A stretch of 64,000 nt of DNA from Haliotis rubra (Eukaryota). Every line of letters starts with the position of its first letter. Positions within the stretch are counted from its first letter, which is position 1. Shown piece by piece: positions 13,684 through 27,805 of this stretch. Both the position numbers and the translations under genes were made by a program. The DNA lies in assembly GCF_003918875.1 (NCBI RefSeq), contig NW_025764891.1, positions 7,750,001 to 7,814,000 of the forward strand, given 5' to 3'. A model generated the notes under the pieces. The model had not been told where the DNA came from, did not search any database, and was given only the letters and a program-made list of their open reading frames with translations.

Positions 13684-14537
13684 CTGAAATTATACATTTC
13701 ACATTATTTAAAAAAACGCATCTGGGGTTTGAAAATTTAGGTGTGCAAGTCTAGTTCTTGAGGGGAGATGTTATAGAATGCCCGAAATGTCCAAAAATGG
13801 AAAAACTGTGTTGTATCTTTAAAGATTAAACATCCTGGAGAAAAAAAGAAAATAATTCCTTTTAGAAAATCCATTTGAGTCAAGCAACTTCTGAATCTGT
13901 GATGCTTGAGCCATTGTTAAAAGATTGGGAGAGAATTACATGATTTTTCTTGACGTTGGATTCAGAATCTGGAATTAGACGGGCTCAGGAGGCTTAACAC
14001 CAACTTCTGTTTTCCAGGAATCATCTTTCAATGTCCAGTTAAAGTATAAGCTGAAAATCAAATATTTGTCAAGAAAAACTCTCAGGGTGCCCCACTACTC
14101 ACTGAAAGGAAAAAGTTTTACAGAAAAAACAGTTGTCTTAAGAAAACACAATACAAAGGAGTCCAGAGACTCTCTTCATTTTCAGAAGCTACATTATGTT
14201 GACATGCCAACAATTATAGTCCTTCATTGACATATTTCTTTAAAGGTCTGTGTGAGGGTCTTTTCCTCTGAACTGATAGGATTCTTATCCTCTAATTGTT
14301 TGTACAATACCTGTTCATGGTAATACAAAGGTATGAATGCCATTTAGAAAGTGGTCAAATGTAAGACGTTATATTTTGGATTACACTTTCTCAGTAAAGT
14401 ACAAATTCTAGTACTTTTGTTGGTTTGAGTCCCATCTGGGATTCAAACCCATACTCTCAGAGTCAGGCACCTAATTGCCAGCACATAAAGTTAGTCGAGG
14501 TGGCAGAGTGGGTGAGTTGGCTGACTTGGTGTGCTGT

Positions 14538-16718
14538 TGGGGATCCACTGATTGACATGGCTCAGAAGGGCAGATGCTGTAAGATGCTGCATGTTTTTTT
14601 TTTGCAGAGTTGCCTCCCTTAATGCTGTAGGGATCCACTGACTGACATTGTTCAGATGGCCAGGTGGTGTAAAATGCTGCATGTTTTTCTGTTCAGAGTT
14701 GCCTCCCTTAATGCTGTAGGGATCCACTGATTGACATGGCACAGATGGCAAGGTGGTGTAAGATGCTTGTTTCTGTTCAGAGTTGCCTCCCTTAATGCTG
14801 TAGGGATCCACTGACTGACATTGCTCAGATGGCCAGGTGGTGTAAAATGCTTCATGTTTTTCTGTTCAGAGTTGCATCCCTTAATGCTGTAGGGATCCAC
14901 TGATTGATATGGTACAGATGGCCAGGTGGTGTAAGATGTTGCATGTTTCTGTTCAGAGTTGCCTCCCTTAATGCTGTAGGGATCCACTGATTGACACGGG
15001 TACAGATGGCTAGGTGGTGTAAGATGCTGCATGTGTCTGTTCAGAGTTGCCTCCCTTAATGCTGTAGGGATCCACTGATTGACACGGTACAGATGGCCAG
15101 GTGGTGTAAGATGCTGCATGTGTCTGTTCAGAGTTGCATCCCTTAATGCTGTAGGGATCCACTGATTGACAGAGGCACAGATGGCCAGGTGGTGTAAGAT
15201 GCTGCATGTTTCTGTTCAGAGTTGCCTCCCTTAATGCTGTAGGGATCCACTGATTGACACGGTACAGATGGCCAGGTGGTGTAAGATGCTGCATGTTTCT
15301 GTTCAGAGTTGCCTCCCTTAATGCTGTAGGGATCCACTGATTGTAAGATGCTGCACACGCACAGATGGCCAGGTGGTGTAAGATGCCAGGTGGTGCATGT
15401 GTCTGTTCAGAGTTGCATCCCTTAATGCTGTAGGGATCCACTGATTGACACGGCACAGATGGCCAGGTGGTGTAAGATGTTGCATGTTTCTGTTCAGAGT
15501 TGCCTCCCTTAATGCTGTCCACTGAGGGATCCAGGTGGTGTAAAGATGATTGATCCACGATTGTACAGATGGCTAGGTGGTGTAAGATGCTGCATGTTTC
15601 TTTCTGTTCAGATCCAATTGATGCCTCCCTTAATGCTGTAGGGATCCACTGATTGATGGCACAGATGGCCAGGTGGTGTAAGATGTTGCATGTGTCTGTT
15701 CAGAGTTGCCTCCCCTTAATGCTGTAGGGATCCACTGATTGACACGGCACAGATGGCAAGGTGGTGTAAGATGCTGCATGTTTTTCTGTTCAGAGTTGCC
15801 TCCCAGGTGGTTAATGCTGTAGGGATCCACTGATTGACACGGCACAGATGGCCAGGTGGTGTAAGATGTTGCATGTGTCTGTTCAGAGTTGCATCCCTTA
15901 ATGCTGTAGGGATCCACTGATGACACCACAGATGCTAGGTGGTGTAAGATGACATTGTTCAGATGGCCAGGGATCCACTGGTGTACAGATGCTGCATGTT
16001 TTTCTGTTCAGAGTTGCCTCCCTTAATGCTGTAGGGATCCACTGATTGATACGGTACAGATGGCCAGGTGGTGTAAGATGTTGCATGTTTCTGTTCAGAG
16101 TTGCCTCCTTAATGCTGTAGGGATCCACTGATTGATACGGCACAGATGGCCAGGTGGTGTAAGATGTTGCATGTGTCTGTTCAGAGTTGCATCCCTTAAT
16201 GCTGTAGGGATCCACTGATTGACACGGTACAGATGGCCAGGTGGTGTAAGATGCTGCATGTGTCTGTTCAGAGTTGCCTCCCTTAATGCTGTAGGGATCC
16301 ACTGATTGACACGGTACAGATGGCCAGGTGGTGTAAGATGCTGCATGTTTCTGTTCAGAGTTGCATCCCTTAATGCTGTAGGGATCCACTGACTGACATT
16401 GCTCAGATGGCCAGGTGGTGTAAGATGCTGCATGTTTCTGTTCAGAGTTGCCTCCCTTAATGCTGTAGGGATCCACTGATTGACACGGTACAGATGGCCA
16501 GGTGGTGTAAGATGTTGCATGTTTCTGTTCAGAGTTGCCTCCCTTAATGCTGTAGGGATCCACTGATTGACACGGCACAGATGGCCAGGTGGTGTAAGAT
16601 GCTGCATGTGTCTGTTCAGAGTTGCATCCCTTAATGCTGTAGGGATCCACTGATTGACACGGTACAGATGGCCAGGTGGTGTAAGATGCTGCATGTTTCT
16701 GTTCAGACTTGCCTCCCA
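14538..16718. repeat. Minisatellite, 87-bp unit, about 25 copies
   Basis: Unit gggatccactgattgacacggtacagatggccaggtggtgtaagatgctgcatgtttctgttcagagttgcctcccttaatgctgta, e.g. at 16381 and 16468. Confidence 0.97.
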
Positions 16719-16752
16719 TAGTCACATCAGGATCTGTCGTCTGTGGGTTGGA

Positions 16753-16906
16753 GTTTAGTTTTACGCCACTTTTAGCAATATTCTAGCAATATTATGGCAG
16801 GGGACACCAGAAATGGACTTCACACATTGTACCCATGTGGGTAATCGAACGCGGGTCTTCGACGTGATGAGCGAACACTTTAACCACTAGGTTACCCCAC
16901 CGCCCC
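16753..16906 (-). mobile_element. SINE family A
   Basis: Full-length copy. TSD ctgtgggttgga. Confidence 0.9.
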
Positions 16907-16987
16907 CTGTGGGTTGGAATGTTTGGCCACTAGCATATACCTATTTTTATTTTTTTCACAGTTGTAAACTTTTACCAGTGTAATTTT

Positions 16988-17385
16988 TAGGGATGTCATG
17001 ATACATAAGTTTCATGAATTGATACATATCACAATACCCATGTCCACGATTCGATACGTATCACGCTACCTATTTTCGTAAATTTAGTTACATTTTGAAC
17101 ATTAATATTTCATATTTTATAATTGTCCATGAAAAGATCCACATTTTTTATTCTCAGAGATTTAAAAGTTCTAATTTCCCATCTTTGTACATGAAAAATA
17201 ATCATTTATAACTCTCATAACATCAAAAAAACATGATACAATTGCAAAATGTAAACAATACATAAACATATTTAAACCGATACTTTCAAAACTAAATATC
17301 AATACAGTTTTGAATGTATCGATAATTGTATCGTCTTAGAAAAAGTATCGCTGCATCGATGTATCGATGTATCGTGGCATCCCTA
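16988..17385. mobile_element. hAT-like MITE
   Basis: Termini TAGGGATG and CATCCCTA, subterminal CGATAC/GTATCG motifs, imperfect 8-bp TSD gtaatttt/gtcattgt. Confidence 0.7.
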
Positions 17386-18461
17386 GTCATTGTATGCTTT
17401 TCTCCCATACTGAACAGACATGTATTAAGCACTGTTCAAAGTAGTAATTAACCCAGCTCTTTTATCACGCATATGATTGAAATTCTGACTTTGACACTTC
17501 CAAACTGCTGCTTTTCTATTTTGTAAAAAATATTATTAACTATCTGAAAAATCATCTCAAGCACTGAGATTAACAAAATCAATATCTCAAGGAAATGAAA
17601 ATCTTTTTTTTGCAGTGAAAAAATCATATTTTCCATATGGCAAATTTCAGATATGAGATCTCTACAGACCCCGAAACTTTCTTCATCAAGGAAGCCAAAC
17701 TTGATAAAGATCTCAAGTGTGCTTGTGAAGATGCACTAGAATCATCCAAGATAGGGGTTGGGATTATAATTCTGTTCTCTGCCCCGAGCTTAATCTGAAA
17801 TCAAAAGGACTAGATTTCTAAATCAATACGATAGAGAGAAATCATGACAACTGTGAACATTGTTCAAACATTTGTGACGATAAATGTAAACCCAAAATTG
17901 TAACTTTCACAAGTGTTTTGTTTGCTTAACTCACAGCTAAACTTCAGAGGGTCTTGAAAGTGAAATGTAAAAAAAATGTAACCAAGATTTAAACAGTTAC
18001 AGAGGCTGCAGCCTTAAAACAGCTGTGGGGTTAATTCAAACATCGGAGTAAAGTTCCACAAAGGTTTAATTCAATTCCAAATAATAGTGTTCTGATAAAC
18101 TCATAAAGACATTCAAGGGGACCAACTGCCCCTTAATTTCAGTAATCTAAACCACCATTTCACACAGTAATGGTTGTTGTTATCTCCCAGCCTCCTAGCT
18201 GGGCTATCATCATCTCTACATTGGATTCATATTCTTACAGATGAATCTCATCAAATATCCAGCATAATTATTTCAAAATTATGGTTAAATGACACATGAT
18301 CATCATGATAAGTAATCAAAAAAAGCCAGATGACAGAGTAGAGTACTTATTCTGATCTTATGAGTTTTCAAAACTCTGCCTTAGATGACCTGGTTCACCT
18401 CTATCAGCTTAACGTTCTTAAAAGGAACTCACTGCAGTTGGAATAACTTTTTTCAAAATGG

Positions 18462-18620
18462 GTGAGTGAGTTCAGTTTTACATCGTTTTTAGCAATATTC
18501 CAGCAATATTACGTCAGAGAACACCACAATTGGTCACCACACATTGTATCCATATTTGGAATCGAACCCAGGTCTTGGCATGATGAGCAAACGCTTTAAC
18601 CACTAGGCTACCATGCCGTC
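18462..18620 (-). mobile_element. SINE family A, diverged
   Basis: Matches the family consensus. Confidence 0.8.
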
Positions 18621-18851
18621 CTTTTTTTTTTTTAAGAGAAACTGAAATGACATAAAATTTGTATCAGGTTCAAATCCAAGCCTAATTATGTTTCTAGGTT
18701 TGACAGCACCAGGTGAGGGTGAGCTTCATCGAAGTGATACATGCATCATCACACTTCAAGAGGACATGCAGTGATGTAGCTTAACTAGTTTTGAAAGGGT
18801 ATTAAACCCAACTAACGCACCCACCCACTTTGACATTGATAGCTATTATAG

Positions 18852-19016
18852 TGAGTGAGTGAGTTGGGTTTTACGCCTCTTTTAGCAATATTCCAGCAAT
18901 ATCACGGTGGGGGACACCAGAAATGGGCTTCACATATGGTGCCCATGTTGGGAATCGAACCCAGGTCTTCAGCATGACGAGTGAATGCCTTAACTACTAG
19001 GCTACCCCACCGCCCC
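18852..19016 (-). mobile_element. SINE family A
   Basis: TSD gatagctattatag at 18838-18851 and 19017-19030. Confidence 0.9.
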
Positions 19017-19645
19017 GATAGCTATTATAGAAGCATTGCAGAAAACAATGTCCCAAGGTACAGTCATCCCTCGCCATAATGCAGGTCTTGGGGTCCATGG
19101 ATGACCCCCGCGTTATTAGCGTACATTTCCTTTTATACCAATTAAACCCTGATTGGATTCCATTTTAGGTCAGATTACCAATCTAAGGCCAGCCTTTTTA
19201 AAAACATTAAAATTGAAAAGAAAAAGAAAAGCAGTGTTTGTTTTATTACACCTGCTGGAAACAATTGCAATGTGCAAAAGCCAACCTCATTTGCTGCCAC
19301 TGTGAAACATATGAATTATTTAAGAAAATATAATAAAAACCTGTTGAAAACACATTGAACTATGATAAATTATGACAGATCCATTGTCTATAATAAAAGG
19401 GAGACAACTTTATACTTGCTTCTCTCCCTATTTCTCACACTCCTACTTTCCTTTCTTCCCTACCTTTCAAAAACCTTTTTCAATCTTTGGACCTAATTTA
19501 GTGGCCAAAATCCTAAAGCACCTAAGAAAAATGTTTGACTAAATATTCTGTCTCAGGATAGGCACCCGACAACTTATGCTCGACAGAATAGTTGACTAAA
19601 TAGATCAGGCACTCAAGACTTGGGCACTTGGTTGACTGCAGCAAT

Positions 19646-19812
19646 GAGTGAGTGAGTGAGTGAGTATAGTTTTATTCCCCTTTAGCAATATTTCTGCAAT
19701 ATCACAGTGGGGGAAACCACAAATGGGCTTCACACATTGTACCAATTTGGGGAATCGAACCTGGATGTTTCGTGTGGTAGGCGAACACTTTAACCACTAC
19801 GCTACCCCAATG
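19646..19812 (-). mobile_element. SINE family A
   Basis: Matches the family consensus, with (GAGT)n tail on the plus strand. Confidence 0.85.
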
Positions 19813-19863
19813 CCTCTACTGCAGCAATGCATTCCCACAACATGGGATGCTGCTTGTAATATA

Positions 19864-20021
19864 CTCATGGAAACCAATAAGGGAACACATGAAAGTACAA
19901 GTGTTCCTTTATTTATTTCCAGAATTTCACCCACAGTGCAATAAATACCTTGTGAAGAAACCTGGAAAAAGAATAGAGGAACACTTGTACTTTCAGGTGT
20001 TGCCTTATTTGTTTCCATGAG
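19864..20021. mobile_element. Hairpin MITE with TA flanks
   Basis: Arms ctcatggaaac...aagtacaagtgttcct and aggaacacttgtactt...gtttccatgag, with TA on both sides. Confidence 0.7.
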
Positions 20022-22984
20022 TATGTCAATCACTGGTTTGTCTAGTCCAGGCTTGATTACTTAAAGGCCATTTTCACCATACTAGAGTGGTGATGTTTGT
20101 GGAGTTAAATAACAAATAAATTTGTTATATCATAATAATTAGTTATTGTCCCTGGTATAACAATATCAATATGATACTGTGAAACAGGCATGTACGATTT
20201 TCATGAGTGTGCTACAAAAATATGTTTAGGCTCAAATTAGAATGCATTATCTAAAGGAGGAATTATGATCCATATCATATTAAGATTTCAACTGGAAGAA
20301 TTATTTCGATCCATCATAGATAATAAGCAGTTGTATTTTTTAAATTTGCCTCTTCTGTTTAATTTAGGTTCTTACTACTCTTAGTCACTTCTGAATACCC
20401 ACGGTTATTCTGTGATTAATCATACTGTGAAGTAAGTGTAGTCACATGTACATCATTTTCCAAGTTTGTTTGCTGTTAATGCCACGCTCAGCAATATTGC
20501 AGCTATATGGCAACAGTTTGTAAATAATCAGACCAGACAATCCAGTGATCAACAGTATGAGCATCGATCGCCATTGGGCTATAATGACATGTGCCAACCG
20601 TGTCAGCTACCTTTGACCACATAACTTAGTCACCTCTTATGACAAGCATGGTTGCTGGAGACCTATCCATGTGTTTCTCAGGTTTATTTATGGTTTCACA
20701 CAAATAAGCATAATAAAAAGAACATTGCCTAAATCAATACTTTCTCATCGTGATCTTCAGGCACCAGTTACTAATTTCAGCTTTGCCATTATGATTTTAA
20801 CCATGCCATTTGCACATTAATACAAGGAACTTCCGAACCTTTTAACACGAACAAGTGGCAAGATCTTCACACAATAGTTACTCTAACTAAACAGAACCGG
20901 GTGAAATGTTACCCTTATTATTCTCATACTGCGTGAGAGCATGCTGCAATCCCCAGAAAGGTTAGAATAAACCATCATATGCCCTGATTGAGCTTTCATG
21001 AATAGAATCTCGAATACATATTGACATGTGTGGAGCTTGATGAAATACTATTTTCCTGCACATTTTTTATTCGAATAGTGTTTTCCTGAAGAGACCTGCT
21101 CTGTAATGGCATATTCTGACTGGGTACTTGGATCTGCTGCCTATTGAATCCCAGAATGTTGGCAAATTGGCAGTTGAAGAAGGAACAGATCAGTTATTGA
21201 TTTTCAGATAGGGCAATGGCTGAAAATGCTTATTTCTCTGTGTTGTGAGATCAGCATGTATTTTCAAACCATTACCACTGCTGTTTCAACACAGAATGCT
21301 GTTGACAGAAAGCCTTGAGGAGGAATTAAGAAATGTAATGGCATAATTGTCCGTCATCCTCTTGGTATTCTGACAATTTTGCAATTTGCAGGATTTATAT
21401 CTAAAATTCCTCAAAGTAATGGGACACTCATTTTCTCTCAAGAGAGATGCAAAGTCCATTTCAGATTTCAATTTTTAATTTTTCTAAAATTCCATCAGTG
21501 AAATGGGAAATATAATGAGAGCACATCTCGAAAATAAACAAAATGACATTTCTGGAGTAGAATCTGAAGAATTTCACATATCTGGCCAAGAAATCCAATT
21601 TTGTTAGTGAAAGTAAAAATTGTAAAATTCATGTCAATAAGAAAGAATGTATGCATGATCAGGGATCCAGTCTTCAAACTTGAATTTTTACTCAGTCATT
21701 GGAAGGGAATTTTTAAATCCACTAGACATATTAGAATGTATATTCCATTAAAATAAATCAACTGCACAAAACATACACCAATCTTTTGAAATGAAGTAAT
21801 AATTGCAAGCCAAATATATAACAGTTTCATCAAAATGATGGAGAGTAGTATACCCCCATGATTACAGTGTTTGCTTATACACTGCTGATATAGGTTTTAT
21901 ATCCCATGTGGTACACCAAGTGAAGACCATCTTTCTCCTCCAAGGTGATATTGCAGACAGGTTATTAAAGTAAAACATCACCAACACTGGTTATGGAGCT
22001 CTGGGGTAGTTTGGGGCTAAAGTAATATGTTATGCTGCTTTTGACAATATTCCATCAATTCCATGGACACCAGAAAATGGCTTCACCTACAGTACCCATG
22101 TTTGGAATCGAAACTCAGGCTTTCAATGTGATGAGCAGACACTTGAACCACCAAGCCATCCCACTGTCCACTGGTAACTAAGATTGGGATTAAGTTGGTT
22201 GGTTGGTTGGTTGTTTAACACCGTGCTCAGCAATATTCCACTAATATGGGGACAGTCTGTAAAGAATCAAGTCTTGAACAGACAGTCCAGTGATCAACAT
22301 CATGAGCATTGATCTACGCAATTGGGATATGATGACCTTGTTATTTAGTGAGCCTGAAGATCAATTCTAACCCGGATATTCACCAGTATGGATTTAGGAG
22401 TCAACCAGAGTGGAAGTTGCATCACAAAAGACCAACTCTTCTGTTCTTGCCTCAATTTCAACTGAGTGAGTGAGTGTGTTAGGTAACTGGTATTTCCCAG
22501 TTAAATCATGAAGTGTCAGGTAAATTGGTAGGAAAGCCTGAAGTCTTCAAAGTTAGTGAAACCTATGAGCAAAAGTATGGGGTTGACTAGTCATGACTAC
22601 CTGATAACCAAGGCAAATCTTATTCAAGTTCACCAATCATCAGATCCTGGCACATCTAAGGGAGGAAACTCTGCACAACCAGTTCTGCCACTTTTACATC
22701 CTCAACAACCCATGTTCCTGAATATGAAAGGAACACGTGTCTCCACAGTAGTCGCCCAACATACAGCCCACTCTCCTTGTTTCACTAAAACAATGAATAT
22801 GATTGACTCTGGGGTCAAAAATCAGAAATACTATGATTAATGTTAACATTTCATTGCAGCCATCAGATAACATTTGTTTTATTACCCATCATGATTGTGC
22901 CTTTCTTTGTTATTTTCTGTGTCATTTTCAGCCTCTGAATACTAATCTGATGCCACTGGTACACAGATCTTCATGGTAATGTGT

Positions 22985-23835
22985 GGACACTTGGGCAAGC
23001 CACATTGTTCAAATGTGCATCTGGTCCCTCGCCAGGAATGGACACCCTGGGCAAGCCACATTGTTCAAATGTGCATCTGGCCAGGAAGGAATGGACACCC
23101 TGGGCAAGCCACATTGTTCAAATGTGCATCTTGTCCCTCGCTAGGAATGGACACCCTGGGCAAGCCACATTGTTCAAATGTGCATCTTGTCCCTCGCCAC
23201 CCTGGGCAAGCCACATTGTTCAAATGTGCATCTGGTCCCTCGCCTAGGAATGGACACCCTGGGCAAGCCACATTGTTCAAATGTGCATCTGGTCCCTCGC
23301 TAGGAATGGACACCCTGGGCAAGCCACATTGTTCAAATGTGCATCTGGTCCCTCGCTAGGAATGGACACCCTGGGCAAGCCACATTGTTCAAATGTGCAT
23401 CTTGTCCCTCGCTAGGAATGGACACCCTGGGCAAGCCACATTGTTCAAATGTGCATCTGGTCCCTCGCTAGGAATGGACACCCTGGGCAAGCCACATTGT
23501 TCAAATGTGCATCTGGTCCCTCACCAGGAATGGACACCCTGGGCAAGCCACATTGTTCAAATGTGCATCTGGTCCCTCGCCAGGAATGGACACCCTGGGC
23601 AAGCCACATTGTTCAAATGTGCATCTGGTCCCTCGCCAGGAATGGACACACCTAAGCCAGGAAATGGACACCCTGGGCAAGCCACATTGTTCAAATGTGC
23701 ATCTGGTCCCTCGCCAGGAAATGGACACCCTGGGCAAGCCACATTGTTCAAATGTGCATCTGGTCCCTCACCAGGAATGGACACCCTGGGCAAGCCACAT
23801 TGTTCAAATGTGCATCTGGTCCCTTGCCAGGAAAT
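22985..23835. repeat. Minisatellite, 56-bp unit, about 15 copies
   Basis: Unit ggaatggacaccctgggcaagccacattgttcaaatgtgcatctggtccctcgc(c/t)a, e.g. at 23303 and 23359. Confidence 0.95.
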
Positions 23836-24877
23836 GGGTACTCAGTTTGTGAGCTGGATGTAAAAACAATCTGGTGTTTGTAGACTAGATGGGCTGTATA
23901 CTCCCCATGGAGTTGAGAACAACAATTGAAATGCATATGTAACCACTGACTGGGAACAAATCGTATTTGAGATACCTGGTGTAGAGTGTAAATGTAACAG
24001 ATTAACTACAGAAATAATCAGGTGATACTCTACTCAAACAAGATGAATAATCAGGTGTTCCACATAACAGATTAATATGAAAGAATAGGGTATATATCAC
24101 TGTAGCTTTTTCTCACTTTTAATGTCAAACTGTAAAGCAATGTAAAAATTGTTCAAAGCAGTGTCAACCAAGCTCAGTGACACTTGGCGATTATTTTTTG
24201 TTCAAATGTATTTTGTTTTGACACACTTCATTAATGTTTTATATATTTCTGTTTTACCTTACACACAATTCAATGTTTTAAAATGTTTTTGTTGTAATGT
24301 CATTGCTATTGATAACACTTGATTAATGCTTAATGATCACATCACACAACATCTCACATCTGTAAAGTATTAGAAAGTTAAATGCACTCGCTAATGTCTT
24401 AACGTGAGAATACACTTCCATCAACTCAGCATGGTTAATGCCATCCAATTAGGCAAGATATTGATGAATACAGAGATTATTCACAACGAGGGAGACGAGC
24501 TGTGACCCTGACTTTATTACCTGCACAAAAACAAAGGGGTTTTGGAGACTGCATACAAATATGCTCATTACAGTCTGGCTTGATGGTGGCGATACTCTGG
24601 CGAGTCATGGGTAGGATTACTGGGCAGGTCTGAGGAGGCCCTGCTGATAATATTTGGAGACACGAAACTTGGTTTAAAGTTGCCTCCAAATTATTGAACA
24701 TATATGGTGAGGTGCATGCACATGTGTGTGTGAACTGCTGCTTGTACATGTCAGGAATTATGCCAGCTTTATAGCACTAGCCCATGAGATACCATGTTGC
24801 AATTTAACATAGACACGCCACCAGACAGAGTATACAGTCTTCAAGCAACCAGTCCTTATTTTATCCCCTAATGCAAT

Positions 24878-25100
24878 GATCTTCAGGAACCCATGCTTGT
24901 CGTAAGAAGCGACTAACAGGAATGGGTGGTCAGGCTCACTGACTTGGTTGACACATGTCATTGTATCCCAGTTGTGTAGATCGATTCTCATGCTGTTGAT
25001 CCCTGGATTGGTTGGTCCAAGCTCGAATATTTACAGACTGCCACCATATAGCTGGAATATTGCTAAGTGTGGCATAAAACTAAACTCACTCAATCACTCA
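24878..25100 (+). mobile_element. SINE-like family B copy
   Basis: Aligns to the 45047 copy from cttcag(g)aacccatgcttgtcg to the (ACTC)n tail. Confidence 0.85.
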
Positions 25101-25242
25101 CCTGATGCCAAGCACCAGTCAACAAATACCATCTTTTAATGTCTTTGGTATGACACTGCCAGGGGATCAAACCACTGTCCTCCAATTCTAAAGGCAAATG
25201 CTCTATCCACTACACCATTGTTGTGGTGTTTAAGATGACAGA

Positions 25243-25416
25243 GGGGTAGTGGGGTAGCCTAGTGGTTAAAGCGTTCACTTGTCATGCCGAAAACCCAGGT
25301 TCGATTCCCCACATGGGTACAATGTGTGAAGCCTATTTCTGGTGTCCCCTGCCGTGATATTGCCGGAATATTGCTAAAAGTGGCATATAACTATACTCAC
25401 TCACTCACTCACTCAC
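25243..25416 (+). mobile_element. SINE family A
   Basis: Head GGGGTAGTGGGGTAGCCTAGTGG, B box GGTTCGATTCC, (ACTC)n tail. Confidence 0.9.
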
Positions 25417-27221
25417 TATGATGAGAAAACACATGTGGAACAGATAGGATGCCAGTAGAACTGGAGTTACGATTTTAAAGGCTGATCCACAGTCAGTTTT
25501 GCTCTTAAATTTTGAACATTACTATAAGAGTTTTAATTCTGATTCATCTTAGGTTTCTTTGTTCACATGAGATGAGAGTAATTGTGACATGGTCTGAGAG
25601 TGAGTGAGTTTGGTTTTATGTAGCTTTTAGCAATATTCAATCTGAGTGCTAGTCTGTCTATCATAGTCTCTGAACCACATTATTTTCCCTAATGTCTGGC
25701 CCTCCCCTGCAATGCTAAAGCAATAAATGAAGCAAGTCTAGATTTCCTCAGGTTCAGGAATCTCCCATCTCACTGGGGCTCCTCTTCAAATTAAATGGGT
25801 TTATATCAAAATTATATATATTCAGAGACTAAGCAGCAGTCTAGCTGAGTCACAGTGAGGATAGTAAGAATGGGATTCACACATTACAATATACATGTCT
25901 CCAGTGTGATGAGCCAGGACTTTAACCACTAGGAAACAAATTGGCCTTCAAAAAAGAAATTCTCATTGGAGGCCAAAGTGGCTGCCATAACTAACCAGCT
26001 TGTTTGATTGGGCCTGTAAAACAAGGCAGCTACAGTAAACAGCACCAAAGAATTGCTGAAATTCTGCAGCAGTTTTCTTCCATGATGATTACAGAAGAAA
26101 CTCAAGAACTGAAAGCCAACAGGATGACCTCCTACCCAATTAGCAAACTGCCTTGTTTTACAGACCCTTCAGAGGACTATCTAACAAGCAGGTTAGTTAT
26201 GGCAGCCAATTTAACCTCCAAAAAAGAATAATTACTTTTCTTGCAAGCCAAATTGTTCCCTATCTAAAAGAAAATTTAATCAATAAAGTCTGTCTTTGAA
26301 GTTTTGAAGTTCCTTTGAATATTTTTGATACACAAGACCAGGCTACAACTAGTGAAAGTTTGTGCTGTCTTAAGATATGGTAACACTGATAACACAAAGC
26401 TAGTTTCTCCAACATGATGAAACAACAGATGATGATGATGCACCTTGTGAGTTTATCATTATGCAGACAAAAGCATCACCACAACAATTCTTTTTCTGTT
26501 CCTTTAGATCCCCAACAATTGCAGTCATTTCCTATGTGATAATAATATTTATGAATCCAATAGGCTCTTATAACAGCTCTATCATTGTATATACATTGTC
26601 ATATTCACCAAGCAGGGAATACGCTCTGTATCTCAGATCTTATGGCTGCTCTGAGAGTGCATGGAACCACTGATCCTGGTATTGACATTACAGTATGGAG
26701 ACTATCATGATTAAATATTAGTGGTATTATTGACATATTCTGCAACTGTCGATCATATGTCAGGCGCAATACGCGACTGACTGTCTGGAAATGGAACCAC
26801 AATGCAGACAGAGGAACTCCAAGTTTGCAGGAATGAAATTGTGCAAAGCTCTGGTGGCTCAGAGTTGTCTGGGAAATATTCCCAATTGCCCAGATCACTT
26901 TCAGTGATCCATCCCAAGGCTAATCAGGATGATAGAGACCCTATGTTGTTAGGCACAGGACTGGAGTAATGGTGTGCTTCTGGTGGACACCTTGGTTACA
27001 ATGGACAATACAGGCTCACCATCAAAGGGAACAGGTGACAAAATTGCTGACAGAGGTTGCCTAAAAACTATTTCCATATTGACAATTTCCAAAAGACATT
27101 TTTTAATTCACGAAGGGCTTTTGAGGTTTAAAGGGGTTTAGTATGTCTAAATGAAGTCAAGGAAGCCATGATGAGAGAACACAGCAGTCTGTATGAAGCT
27201 GAAAAGGGGACACTTCTGGTA

Positions 27222-27223
<2 letters not shown>

Positions 27224-27286
<63 letters not shown>

Positions 27287-27306
27287 GTGTGTGTGTGTGT
27301 GTGTGT
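27224..27306. repeat. (TG)n microsatellite
   Basis: Read directly from the sequence. Confidence 0.98.
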
Positions 27307-27805
27307 TCAAAAGAGGTTACAGAGCATCCGATTCTTTTATACTACTGTAGTTAATGTTTTTCAGTAAAATGAGGTAAGTTGGTATTTAATTTTAGTGCTA
27401 TGGCTCTTGAAGATTGGCAGTCCTTTAAGAAAGTATAACCAAGGTCATTTCAATTGTTTGTCTGCCAACTCATATTAATTTATGCTATTATTCTAACAGT
27501 TCATTAAGGAGACCTTTCAATTTAAGACAAGTCTACGAGGCTGAAAATGGGCACCAGAGAGTGGAATACTGTCTCTCAAAATAATCATGTTCCACAAAAT
27601 ATTGTACAATTCCAGTATGATTCCTTAAATCAAAAAAGGCAAAACAAAAACATTTTCATATGCATTGTTACCAGAAATAAGGATGAAGCATTCTTGGAGA
27701 TGTGTTCATGCAATTCATATATTGGTTAACACAGACACGATTCAGCAGGTTAGCGGGTAAGGGAAGGGGGCAAACATTTTGGGTGCAGTAAAATCAAGTT
27801 CAAAC

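Noticed and set aside
14491-16725. Long ORFs of up to 275 aa
   Set aside because: Translations of an 87-bp tandem repeat, open in several frames and frameshifted, with no exon structure.
22973-23936. Cluster of overlapping ORFs; CRISPR-like appearance
   Set aside because: Head-to-tail 56-bp minisatellite with no unique spacers and no cas genes, in a eukaryotic context.
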